Below, one piece after another: positions 26,032 through 39,225 of a stretch of 64,000 nt of DNA. Below the pieces are notes generated by a model that searched no databases, was not told where the DNA came from, and was given only the letters and a program-made list of their open reading frames with translations. A program made the position numbers and the translations under genes. Location of the stretch: positions 71,798,001 to 71,862,000 of the forward strand of contig NW_024704743.1 in NCBI RefSeq assembly GCF_018977255.1. The letters run 5' to 3'. How positions within the stretch are numbered: position 1 is the first letter of the stretch; every line of letters starts with the position of its first letter. This stretch comes from Callorhinchus milii. Taxonomy: Eukaryota.

Positions 26032-26677
26032 CTTGGCCGTGATCGATCTGAATACCTTGCTTTTTGACCGTGCTTATTGTCACCTCTCTCTTTCTCTGGA
26101 TCGGCATCAAGCTCCACTATTGTTAAGTACTCCGAACTCTTGAAAATTGTTGCAGTTGGAGTTGTACTGCAAACTCAATGTGACTGGATTTGACAACAAT
26201 CCAGTCACGTTTAAAGCCATTAGCCTATTGTTCTATACACAAGAAATGAAACTCTGTCTACAGTGTTTCAGTTAAAAGTAATTCCATTTATAGCCTGATC
26301 ATAGGAGGTTCATTGCATCAGTAATCTGAATGGGATTTTCAGACTGCATTTCATTGCCATTCAATTTAATACAATATCAAGCAAAATGCTTTGCTTTTCT
26401 CCAATGTAGCAAATCTTGTTAATTAGGATTTTTTTTTCAGCTGGTTAACTGCATGCATAAATATTATCTGAAATCATTAAGGGAAAGTATTCACTATTTA
26501 ATAGCACATTTCACTGAAATATAGACCCACATATTTTATTGTGAATGCACTCTCTGAACCTTGGAGCGAGTTTTCTCTCCCATTACCAATTTCAGATGGA
26601 ACGTTGAACACATTTACAAAATAAGCAAATGTGTGATGTTCATTAGGCTATTAATTTGGCTTAGACTTTTATCAATA

Positions 26678-27448
26678 CAGGCGCTGGCAGCATCAGCCTT
26701 CATGGCTGCACACTCAACCTTACTAAGCCAGTCAGGAATCTGGGTATCTTGTTTGACCCTGAACTGTCCTTTCTCACCCACATCCGCACCATGACCGGCA
26801 CTGCCTACCACCACCTCCGCAACATTGCCAGACTCCGCCACTGCCTCACCCCTCAGGCTGCCAAAACCCTCACCCATTCGTCACATCAAGGCTCGATTAC
26901 GGGAACTCCCTCTTCATCGGCCTTCGCAACTCTTCCCTTCACAAGCTGCAGATCATCCAAAACTCTGCAACTCATGTACTTTCATACACCAGGCTCTGTG
27001 ACCCCATCACTCCCACCCTCGCCCTACTCCACTGGCTCCCCATCCACCAGAGGATTGAGTTCAAGATCCTCGTCCTCACCTTTAAGGCCATCCATGGCCT
27101 TGCCCCCTCCTATCTCTCTAACCTGCTGACTCCTTACCAACCTGCCCGCTCCCTCCGTTCAGCGGGCTCCAGCCTGCTCCATGTCTCCCGCCCGACCCGC
27201 CCTACCATCGGTGGCCGGGCTTCAGCCTCTCTGCCCCCACACTCTGGAACTCCATCCCACAGTCCCTTCGCCTCACTTCCTCCCTTGCCTCCTTCAAGAC
27301 CGGTCTCAAGACCCTTCTCTTCGACCGTGCCTTTGGTCTCCCTCCCACCTCTCTGCCTTCCCTCACCCCTACACCAGCCCTCCCCCATGCTCAGACCCCG
27401 ATACCTCTTAAAGGCGCTCTATAAATGTAATTTTGTTGTTGTTGTTGT
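26678..27448 (+). mobile_element. L2-clade LINE 3' fragment
   Basis: LFDPELSF...HLRNIARLR...LHWLP; 3' UTR and (TTG)n tail. Confidence 0.9.
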
Positions 27449-27544
27449 ACAGCACAATACCAACTACACAATGCTCGATGCACCTTTAACAATATTCCAG
27501 GTTAAAAATAAGTGTAAATAATAAAACGTTTATACATATACTTT

Positions 27545-27921
27545 GAAACATTTCAAAGCACTTCACAGGATTTACTGTAAAGTGCAATGAATGTATATTA
27601 AGTGGGCAAACACAGCAGTTAATATGCACACAGCAGTGTCCCACAAACAAGCATGAAGTGACTGACCAATTTTATCTGGGGGGTTGTTGGTCAGGACACA
27701 AGTGAAATGCCCTTCTCTTTTCGAGTAATGCCATGGGATCTTTAATGTCCACCTAATCAGGTAGACGGACCTTGGCTTTAATGTCTCATCCAGAGGACAG
27801 AATCCCAGCATCACATTGAAGTGTCAGTCTAAATTGCAAACTCAAAGTTCAAACGTGGGGCTTGAATCCACAAGCTTTTGACTCAACGACAGGAATGCTA
27901 TCAACTGAGCCAGGCTGACAT
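27545..27921 (-). mobile_element. Deu-domain SINE
   Basis: Reverse complement of the 8957 element (head TGTCAGCCTGGCTCAGTTGATAGCA; GATCCCATGGCA core). Further partial copies at ~7010-7260(+), 8225-8500(-), 36980-37320(-), 40580-41162(+), 56290-56545(+). Confidence 0.72.
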
Positions 27922-29711
27922 CTATGACACCAACAGATATATTCTTGCTTTTTAAAATGTCAAGATGTTCTCGGAATACAATTTACAAAGCAATGGTTAA
28001 GTTAAGCTTCACAAACTTTTAAATATTAATATTCTTGCAATGTTACCTTATCAATCGATATTTTGTTGCCCAAACACTTAGATTTAATGATGAATAGAAA
28101 TAACGGCATGTGCCCATGCTCTGTCTTAAATTATCACAAGAAAAAGAAACTGGAAAGTGTATTAACACTGATGATTATTGATGTATGAGCAGCTTTTATG
28201 ACTAATGCATAATGCATGAGATACTCTGGGATATAACTAGCAGTGACAGTTTATGGTCTTAATGGTATGGGGGAGGGGGACGTGCCATGTGCCATTCTGG
28301 CAAACAGCACCAAAGTCATTCATTTAGCAGCAAGCACAATATCTTCCCTTTTTATATCATTTTGTGGACAGTAAAGTCAATGGGACAAGGACTGAATTCA
28401 CTGATTTACTGATTTATTGTTTATGTCATGCTGCAGTGCTTAGATTTTGTTTCTTCCATTAGATAATGTGATTGACTCGTATCATTATTTTGTTTCCTTT
28501 ATTTCAGGCATGGTTGAGGAGTATAGTAACAGTTTCAGACAGGAGCTGCCCATTGTAACACCCATTCAACTTCCCAAAGTATTCCTCTGACATATTTATC
28601 TCACCAGCTAATAATCTTGAATATTTTTGACTTCAGGGGTACCAGCAGCAGCACAAGTCGCATTCATGATAGTTTGTCATCCCCTACAAGGTCATTAGAT
28701 CTAACAATGTATTTGTATTTTCCTCAAGACGTTGAAACACTCAAATTAAAATGATAATGAATTGCATGCAAGAAGCTCCGTACAACAGAGCTTCATCTCA
28801 GGGACGTCGTGCTGTGGAATACATTATAAGGAGCCATTCACACTCATCCTGCAACCCTATCAAATCAGTCAGAATGCAGACTTTGAACAGCTGTTAACAA
28901 CAGAGACTCGGCTAGTCTCTTGGTGCACGTTTATCTGTTACTGTTGCTGTTGACACTGTGTACCAAGCTGTTAGATGTAGTCAAGGTTAATGACTACATC
29001 AAAAGGGTGGTGATTCATGTTTCTATCAAGTTTCGCCACCTTTGAGAAATCACCATTGCTTTCAATGTCTATCTGTCCTGGGCAGTGTACTGATCAACTT
29101 CAAATTGTCATCCAGATCCAACATTTGTCTCTGCCGCCATCTACAGCCTCATCTGTGATTTAGCATTGCTTAACTGGTTTGTGAAAAGGTTTCTATTCTT
29201 TTAACAACACTGAACAATTAATAATGATAATTCTCACATTTGGTGCAGCCCCTTTCATGTCGAGAGGATGTCTCAAAGCACTTCATAGGATACACTATAA
29301 AAAGTGTGTTTTGTAGTCAAACAATGCAACTGATTTCATATTACATTTTAAATTGTAATTAATGCCACTGATGTGAATGTTATGCAACATGTCATTTGTA
29401 ATCCAACTGATGGTTAGTGAGTCTATCAATTTATCACCAGGAGACATTATCGCTGATAACAAGTGAAAAATTAAGCTAACTTTCCTTTAATTTAATTGGA
29501 TCAAAATTGTGGTATTTAAAACTGTTGTTAAAATGTGTTTTGAAGTCTCTGTAATTTAAAATGAAATTGCATTACCTATTTTAATTTACGGACAAATGTG
29601 CACACTGGAACTGAAATGTCTGACTGAAATAGGGAAGGGAAACTTATGGAATTACTTGTATACATATCAGTTTGTAGGTTTTTTAGGAATATCTAGAGAT
29701 ATTTAATACCA

Positions 29712-30150
29712 GTTATTGCAAGATAATGCATATAGGAAGTAAGGAGGCACACCTGGATGTGGGAAGGGAACTTGCCAAGGAAACAGCTGAAAGAGATCTA
29801 AGGGTGTTAGTTGACTCATCGGTCACCTTGTCAAAACAGCATGAGGCACCAATAAACAAGACAAATAGGATGCTGGGGTATATTGCTAAATCAGTTGAGT
29901 TCATAGCCCCAGAAGTCATAGTCAAGCTGTATAGTGTTCTGATCAGGCCAGACCTGAGTACTGCACACAATTCTCCCCACCGAGCCATACGGGGGCTGCC
30001 AGGCCCTAGAAGAAGTTCAAAGGAGAGAAACAAAGATGATTCCCAGTGTTAGAGGAATGAGCTAAGAGTTACCCAAGTTAGGGCTCTTCAGTCTTAAAAA
30101 ACAACTTCTCCTTGGGAACTGTACAAGATTTTAGATGAATTGAGAAAGTA
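29712..30150 (+). mobile_element. CR1 ORF2 fragment
   Basis: ERDLRVLVD...NRMLGYI...VKLYSVLIRPDL. Confidence 0.8.
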
Positions 30151-33100
30151 AAATCAGAGTTCATTGTGCCTTTCAAGAGGGAAGTAGACAGTCGCATGAA
30201 AGAGACAGGCTTGAAGGGGTATGGGGATAAGCAGTGAGGTGGGATTGAATTGATCTCCTTGCTCTGTGAGCTGGTCCAGGCTTCTGTGCTGTAGATTTCT
30301 GATTCCAGTCAGCAGTTTCACTTCCCATTTTTATCACAGTGTAACGTGGATATGAGTTTTTTAAGCTTTCTAGCATAATCAGTCCCAAAGTCTGGCACTT
30401 TTTTTGGCTCATGTCATTGGAGGCAATTTCATAAAATTACATAGTTACTTACATTCAGTTTAGACCCAAATTGGTTATTCACTTCATAGCTATTTCTAAG
30501 ACACTGCTGTGTGTGAATTGGCTGCTTTAATCACCTACAAAATATACAGTCATTGCTCTTTCAGTAAATCCTGCAAAGCATTTACAATAAACCTATGAAG
30601 CACTTTAGGTGTGAAAGGTGCTTTATTAAATGAAAAGATATTACTATTAATAGACTGATATTTGTCTGTCACTTTAAAAATCTAGTGGAATTGATACACA
30701 ATGAGTCAAAATTCATACACACAATGCCATTTCCTGTGTGCTGCCAAGTTTCTCACGATCCACCTACATCCACAGGGACAAAATGTTCCATTGCTCATAT
30801 ATCTGGTGTCCTGCCAACCTGGCCCCTCTGTCAGGACACTTGGAGTCTGATCAAAAAGACAATGAGCCACAAAAATAAAACTGAGTCAGATCTTTGGGAT
30901 AGTGTGTGTCCACAAAAGTGTGGATCAGCAGTGAGTCTGCATCCAAAGCTTGAAATCTTGGAAGGATATGCCTGATTCCTGGTAACTTAGTGGTGTGTCT
31001 GCATCTATGTCTGACTCCTGTCTGCCCAGTGAGAGGTTAAAATATATGATACATCAGGGTCTTTAAAAATGCCCTGCTGACACATGAGCCTAATTTGGAT
31101 ATCTCCAATCTAATTTGATTATCGCTTAATACTCTCCAGAATGAGTTAAGCAGAATGTGTACCTTGAGGGACAGGGGACGCATTCCATTCCAATACATGG
31201 GAGTTTCCATGTGTAGGTGGGATGCATGGAAATCCAAGTTTGGTTTGGATACTCTTAAGCATGGTGATCTGTTTCCCTATGCGTCCAATCCAAAAAAAAA
31301 ATGTGGATGTTGTACTAACTATGTATTAATAGGCATAAAGAGCCAATTTCAGGTGTTCTAAATTATACAATTAACTACTGACTTTCATAAGAATGTAAAG
31401 AAAGGTCTCAAAGCACTTTAAGGAATGAGCCCCTTCTCATCCACCACAAGGCAGAAGGGACCTAAATTAATGATCCAACTGAAAAGGGTTAATGATTGGG
31501 AAATAAATAAGTAAATAAACAATAAAAGTGTTAACAAATGAAGAAAAGGATTACATTGCTAGAAGTGATGTGGCATTCATAATAGAATTGGGATTGAGTT
31601 CAGATTTGCTGCTCTCAATCGCTTTCTCGTGGGTCTGAAAAGATTTCTGTTCATATGCAGAGTTTCACTAACTGGTGGTATTAAATAATGTATGGGTGGA
31701 GCTGGTTTGTCATTTAATCACCAGGATTCTGGCAACAATTAAATACAAAACATACAATCTAAACATTGTAAATCTCACTAAACTCATTACTGTCCTTCTT
31801 CGGGGTGGGGAGGTAAGCGGGTTTTCCTTGGAGCTGAGCTAGTTCCAAGGTGTCGTGTTTAGCAAGGGAATGTCGGAATCAAGTCAATCATCAAGGGAGG
31901 TCTTGATAGTCTTGTTCCTAAACCAGGCAGGTCTATGGTGCTCCTGGGCACTGCTGATGACAGACCAGTCAGCTTGGCTCATCAGCAGGACTTGGTCAGT
32001 CATTGGGAGAAATGATTCTTCCTACTCAACACCTATTAACCAGTTAGGGCTTAAAATATATGATATAATAGTATTAATAATCCTTGAATTTGATACAGCG
32101 CCTGATCACACCAACGCGCTTCACAGAATATTTTGGAAAGTGGATTGATTTTGTATTTTGTGGGTAAAACGAGGCAGGCAATTGCACACAGCAGTGTCCG
32201 ACAACCTAAATACTTTTCAATTCATTATTAATTTATTTCACTTTCCTGTTAAGAAACCTGTTTTAGTGCAGTTGTTTGTATGATGTGACAACGTTTCTGT
32301 ATGATATACCTTTCTAGAAAAAATGGTCATTCACCTCATCGCTGTTTGTGGAACACTGTTGTGTCCCATTGCTGTATACAAATTGGCTGCCACATTCAGC
32401 TACAAATACAGTCACAACACAATGCCTGCACAGGATTACAGTAAATCCTGTGAAACGTTTTGAGACGTACTCCCAACATGAAAGGTTATATCAAATATAA
32501 GGATTATTATTATGTTTTCTCTCTCTCTCTGTATTTATCTTTTTCAGAATGTGTGGATACAATAGCTTAAGATGAGTAAAACAAAATACATAAAATTAGA
32601 GGAGGTTTCATCATGGTGCCTTTTTAAACCAGGCGTGTCTAATGATTCCTTTTCCAAAGGGACGATTAAATACCTCATTAAACAGCTGACCGAGACAGAG
32701 AAGAAATCTTTGCAGCCGACATGTAGACTGGAAAGCCAATTAGAGAGCTATTATTGGTAACACTGATGCTCTGCGTTGCTTCAAATCAAAACATATCTAC
32801 TACATGTTAAGCTACAGTGTTGTGCAACTCACCCTGGTTCACTGTGGAGCAGATTACACTCTCAGTAACACACAGCAATGACACAAGCAGTTGTTTGGAA
32901 GTGCTGTTTCCTCAATGGTGGGAGAAGAGCTAGATGTTTTCTTAGTAGGATTATGTTGCATTTGGAAAAAGCAAACGTCACACAGATGGATCACAATGAA
33001 GAGCAATTTACTGGTCAGGCCACACCAGCATTGTTGAGTATAGTTCGGGTTGCCATAACATAAAGGGTGGTCAAGGCAGTGCAGAGGGAGTATAAAGTTA

Positions 33101-33804
33101 ATCCCCAGAGGAATGAGCCGTACACTAAATATCTGAATGTATGGTTTTTCTCATATTGAGCAGGATAACAATTACAAACACACATCATGAGTAGTGTAAA
33201 ACTAGCCTCTCTCATGATAGTTTAACCAGCTCATATTCACAAGCAGTGGGGAATTTTGCTTCAAAACACTTTGAAGCATTTCATTGGAGAAAAAGAACAT
33301 TTTAAAGTGTACAATTCACACATTCTTGCAGTATAAAATCTTTACTAAATTTGGAGAATTTCTCCTGTAGTATGTTCACACTATTATTGCTGCAAAGACC
33401 ACGTTGTCTGAATACCAGCAACACTGTGCAGAACGTGGGCCACTCCCGATAATGGCAAGAAGCCCTACCCACCCGCCATGATCAACATTTTAACTTAAAC
33501 TGCCAAAAGCAACGCTTATCATGTAAATGAACAGCTGTTAGGAAGCAACATATAGTCATCCATTTATACTCGGGGCTCAGATAAAATTTACAATCCACTT
33601 GAGTTTTGCTTTATGGTTTGTGAAGATAATAACATATAGGTTTTCAATCTGAATTCAAAATGCAATATTCGTTATATACAAATATATATGTCTAAGAGCC
33701 TAATATAAGAGTGAATAACAGTTGTTCAGTGCATCCAGGTTATTCTGTAATCTAGATCCTTTTTGAAGTATGAACCTGACCACACTCTTACCATTTTCAT
33801 CCTT

Positions 33805-34062
33805 ACAACAACAACAACAACATTCCATTTATTGAGCGCCTTTCACGTCGGGAGGACGTCCCAAGGCGCTGTACAGTGGGGTCAGGACCCGAGCAGGGGG
33901 GAAATGGTCAGGGTGAGGGGAGGGAAGGGAGGGAGCGAGGAGGGGGTAGAGAGTCGAGAGGGGAGCTGAAGGCACGGTCAAAGAGAAAGGTCTTGAGACC
34001 GGCCTTGAAGGAGGAAAGGGAGGAGGCGGCGAAGGCACTGGGGGATGGAGTTCCAGAGCCTT
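33805..34062 (-). mobile_element. L2 3' UTR fragment
   Basis: Close match to 47606-47860; (CAA)n on the + strand. Confidence 0.85.
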
Positions 34063-34203
34063 AATTCACTGCTTGCACTCTCCCCACCTGTGCAAAGCAG
34101 CTTCCTAAAGAATCTGCCACATTCTCATAAACAGACTTGCTATTTTAAATGAGACACATTAACCCTAGATACAGAGACACACACAAACAGAGTAACATAC
34201 ATA

Positions 34204-34572
34204 GAGACCTGTGGTGTAGTGGTTAGAGCACTTGCGTCGCAAGCGAGAGGACCTGGGTTTGATTCCCGGGCAGGGCAAAATTTTAGGCAAGTTTCCTTAC
34301 TTCACACACACGCTTCTGTTTACCTAGCAGTAAGTAGGAACCCGCTTGTTAGTCGATTGGCGGATTGCTTTCCATGGGGTAATAATACCTCCAAAATAAT
34401 AATGATAATCTGGTCACTCAATCCATGACTATTTGTGGGAAACTGCTGTGCGCAATTGACTGCCACGCTTTGCCCACAAGCTCTACACTTTACAGTGTAT
34501 CCTATGAAGTGCTTTCAGACGTCTTGAAGACATAATAAGACTCTATCAAATGCAAGGATTATTATTATTATT
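34204..34572 (+). mobile_element. tRNA-headed SINE, long form
   Basis: Same head and tail as 1633-1943 plus an internal ~65-bp block (CTGTTTACCTAGCAGTAAGTAGGAACC...GTTAGTCGATTGGCGG). Confidence 0.88.
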
Positions 34573-37500
34573 GATTATAAGTTCCAAGATTTGTGGAAGT
34601 ATGGATAAACCTGTGGATCTGTGGATCATTCTTAATGTGTTTGGTAGGTAGTGAGCAGGAGTCTCCAACTGTGGCTGATCGTTCTGTCAGGAGACAGTGG
34701 CAGTGTTTATCTCTACGCTAAACTTGTGTTGACAATATCTCACAAAAAAGATTTTGGAACAAATATTAACAAAGTCTTTTGTACTGAAACAAAGTCTATT
34801 GTGCAGTAAATGCTGATGACTGGGTTTTCAACCAATCAAATACGAACACCAGAATGAAACCTTTAGAGTTGTACTGTTCAATTGATAAGATAACTTTAAC
34901 AATCATCAAGAAAACAATTAACAATATGGTGCTATCCTTCACCATCATAAATCCCCTCACTAACTGGTTTGTAGTCAACTAAAGCAGAGTGGTATCTTCA
35001 AAGGACTACATATCACCAGGTTGGGAAATTCAAAGCCAATTGGAAGGATCTTAAGTAGGAAGTGCATTCTCAGACTCAAATTCATCCACCAGTCAATTGA
35101 AATTGACATTCATATTGGGAAATCTTTTACTTCAAGGATTTCTTATATTTATAATCGCTGTAGCAGGGTGATCCTTGAAAATTAATGTTTGCTTAAGAGT
35201 TAACCCACTGTAAACAAGTGTGGTACAAACATAATCAATGTGGTTACTTACAATATGTCATCCATCAAAATATGATATATCTTTGTGTTATTATATTACA
35301 AGTTTGTTGATGAATTTTCAACAACAGTTTATTTGGTCTTTTGGTCCTTTTGCAACATTTTATAGTGTTTTTGTTTTCACCAGAGTTAAGAAACATAGGT
35401 TAAAAGCAACTAGCAATTAACTTAAGTGCACATTAAGTGCACTGTCCACTTAATGTTAATGCCAATTGTGTAACCTTTTGGTTTGAATGGCATGTACATT
35501 CTCTCCATGGAGGAACACCCTCTGCTGACCTAATTGTAGAGAGTAAAAGGTGCAATTTGGCAAGAGCCAAGATTTGGGGTCCCTAGAGTACACATAAAGA
35601 TATTGCTTGAATTTAACTCAAAAAGCACAGTTGTTGCAAAAGTGTCCAAAAGACAGATGTCATCATAGCATAGAGGAAAGTAAGATGGATGTCAAGGAAT
35701 GGAAGCATGGAAGTCAAGATGGAGTAAGACTGTTAACAGATTCCAAACGTGTGAAGAGAATAAAAGCTGATTTATTGCCAACATGTTTGAAAGCTTTAAT
35801 TTACACAACAGGAGATTGATGGAAATTCAGGCTATTTTAAAATGTCAAAATATTATAACATAAATAAATGCAATAAACTAAATTAAAATAGTAAAATAGT
35901 TACCACCGATCTGGAAGAGGAGCAGTGTTTCACCCTGAGACCAGTAATGACTGCTTACTGCTTTTGATTGCACTTTTGGTCAATATGATAACCATCAACA
36001 TTGGTAATATTACAAACTAGATTCCACTTTCTGTCTGTACATGATAAAATCTGTAAACACAAAAAGCAGTGAAAAATGACAAAGGTGTGAAATGATTTTT
36101 AAAAAATCTCTTTGGTTAAACACCAATAAATAGCATTGATAAATAATTCATTATTTTATTTCAAATTGTTTAGAAGGTGAATGAACTTAGAGCCGAATGA
36201 GCAAATCCCTTTCCTCAAAGTCAGTCTGCCATGTTTCAGTTGTGATGACTGAGCACAATATTTTTCAGATCATGAGAGGGAAAGCTTAGAACCTCACTAC
36301 AAATTTCCCTGTCAAGGTTGTAAATCAAATCGCTGAGGCTATCTGACTTAACCAAGCACATTGTTTGGAGATATCATCAGTCAACAAACTAAAGAATATT
36401 GGTTCCTATGTGTGCTGTGTATTCAGACATCATTGGTTTACTGCTGCTCTGTGCATTGTGGCTTGTTGTTATACACCTTGTTGAATTATTGCCCCCATTA
36501 ATGACACCCACAGACAAATCCACAAACTCCTATAAACATTGTTTTACTACAGTACTGCTATAAACAGACACAATCTTTCAAGACCCAGAAAAATATTAAA
36601 GCTGTGCTGTCAGTTCCCCATAAGATTATGCCTGGAGCAGCATTGCAAGAATTGCGTTTAAACCGGACCTTCATGTTTATGTCAGTTACACATACAGTCA
36701 CTGGAAGCAGGGACTCTTCCCACTCAGCTCTTGTTAACCCTGCAAGCCAAACCCCTAAATGGTAGGGTGGCCTTAGCAGGACAAGCAGTGTGAAAACTTG
36801 CCAGACAGTGCTCTCAAAGAAAAAGTTATGCAGTTTTAGCTGGTTAGACTGCAGTAGTATCCAAAAACACATTCTGGGGTCCCCAAGCCTTGACTCTTGC
36901 CAACCTGCACATAACACTTTCCAGAATTGGGGAAGGGTGACACGTCCGTTCAGGGAGTGAGTGTGCATTCTATTCCGATAATAATAATTTTTACATTTGG
37001 TATAGCGCCTTATCACGTCGTCAAAACGTCTCAAAGCACTTCACAGAATATGCTATAAACTGGATTGTCTGTGCATTTTGCGGGCAAACTCGACAGCCAG
37101 TTTGTGCATAGCCATATCCCACAAATAACCATGGAGTTAGTGACCAATTTTATTTGGAGTCATTGGCCAAGACACCGGGAGAAATTCCTTTCACTTTTCA
37201 AATGGTACCATGGGATCTTTAATGTTCACTTGAAATGGCAGATGGGATCTCGGATTAATGTCTCATCCAAGGACAGTACCTCCGACAATGCAACACCACT
37301 GCATTGGAGCATAGCTTAAAAGATTTAAACCATGAATCTATTGATAACCAATGACTACACTTTTGACTGATGTGAACCTGTCACTGATGATCATATTTGT
37401 GAACCTTTTATAAATCCCAATGAAGGATAATTTAAAGTTAATTACTGTAGATAGGTATCTCTCTAAACTGTGAATGTGTCTCTGAGGAAATGTTTTCTTA

Positions 37501-37577
37501 TATTCCTAAGAAATAGCAGAAGCTCTGACTATGATCTTCCAAAATCCTGGAAAAGAAAATCGTACCAGAGGACTGGA

Positions 37578-39225
37578 ACAACAACAACAACAAAATTACA
37601 TTTATAGAGCACCTTTCACGTCAGGAGGACGTCCCAAAGTACTGAACAGTCAGGTGTCAGGGCCCGAGCATGGGGGAGGGGGCGGGTGTAGGGGTGCCTT
37701 TGGTCTCCCTCCCACCTCATCGGGAGAGAGGTGGGAGGGAGACCAAAGGCATGGTCGAAGAGAAAGATCTTGAGACCGGCCTTGAAGGAGGCAAGGGAGG
37801 AAGAGAGGCAAAGGGACCGTGGATTATTATTATTATTATTATTAGGACGAGGATCTTGAACTCAATCCTTTGGGGGATGGGGAGCCAGTGGAGTCGGGCG
37901 AGGGTGGGAGTGATGGGGTCATGGAGCCTGGTGCGTGAGAGTACACGAGCTGCAGAGTTTTGGATGATCTGCAGCTTGTGAAGGGAAGAGATGGGAAGGC
38001 CGATGAGGAGGAAGTTCCTGTAATCGAGCCTTGATGTGACGAATGCGGGGGAGAGAGTTTTGGCAACCTGAGGGTGAGGCAGTGGCAGAGTCTGGCAATG
38101 ATGCGGAGGTGGTGGTAGGCAGTGCCGGTCATGGCGCGGATGTGGATGAGAAAGGACAGTTCAGGGTCAAACAAGACACCCAGGTTCCTGACTGGCTTAG
38201 TGAGGTTGAGTGTGCAGCCGTGGATGCTGATGCTGGCAGTGCCCGAGGTGCGGAAGCGCTGGCGCGAGCCAATCAGGAAAGCCTCGGTCTTCTTGTAGTT
38301 GAGCTGGAGAAAGTTGTCCCTGGTACAGGACTTGATGTCAGACAGGGAGTTGGTCAGGACCCCAGTAGTCCTGGAGTTCAGGTTGGAGGCAGAGAGGTAG
38401 AGTTGGGTGTCATCCGTATACATGTAGAAATTTATCCCATATCTGCGGATGATGTCACCAAGGGGGAGCATGTAGAGCAGGGGACCGAGGACAGAGCCCT
38501 GAGGAACACTGCACAAGACAGTGTGGGGGCTGGAGGAGAAAGCGTTTTCCACAACAAAGAGGAGGCGGTATGAAAGGTAGGACCTGAACCAGTGAAGGAC
38601 AGAACCTTGAAGGTTGAGGTGGGAGGAGAGACGGTGGAGGAGGATTGAGTGGTCCACGGTGTCAAAGGTGGCGGAGAGGTCAAAGAGGACGAGGAGGCAA
38701 AGACAGCCCTGGTCACACATGGTCAGGATGTCGTTTATGACCTTGACCAGAGCAGTTTCTGGTCAAGTGGCAGCTGAGCGGATTCCCTCGATTTTGGACT
38801 CGAGGAAGTCCAGCATTTTCTCGCAGTGAGAGTAGTGGAAAGTATCTGCGAGGGGTGTCGGGGAGGGGGAAGGAGCCGGTTGGTGGTGGAGAACAGGAGC
38901 CTGGGGTTGCCCTTCGCCTCCAGGATTAACCTGGAATAGAAGGATGATTTGGCTGAGGCGAGAGCGGAGCGGTACTTCTTGATGAGGTCCAGCTAGATGT
39001 GGGGGGTGGACCGTTAGGTTGGATTTGAGCCAAGTGCGTTCGGCAGACCGCACCTGGCCCTTAAGCGAGTGGAGGTGGCTGGTGAACCAGGGTGAGGGTC
39101 AGGAGTAGGAGGCAGTTCGGGAAGTGAGGGGGGCAAGGACGTTGAGTGTGGTGGAGAGGGTGCTGTGGAGAAGAGAGAGTGCAGCGAGTGAGTTGTTGCA
39201 AGAGGTGGGCTAGAGGGTGGCACCT
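37578..39225 (-). mobile_element. L2-clade LINE fragment (longest in window), internally rearranged
   Basis: ORF 37842-38720: DLSATFDTVDH...SVPQGSVLGPLL...YTDDTQLY; upstream linker region; (TTG)n tail. Confidence 0.92.

Noticed and set aside
26180..26208. 11-bp perfect hairpin GTGACTGGATT/AATCCAGTCAC (and a 10-bp one at 2955-2980)
   Set aside because: Too short to distinguish from chance or local template switching; no associated features.
28766..28900. Peptide QEAPYNRASSQGRRAVEYII resembling a Harbinger transposase C-terminal motif
   Set aside because: Only ~20 aa of weak resemblance; no upstream DDE motifs or TIRs seen.
37842..38720. 292-aa RT ORF as an active retroelement
   Set aside because: YADD is mutated to YTDD, the frame shifts and the element is truncated and internally deleted.
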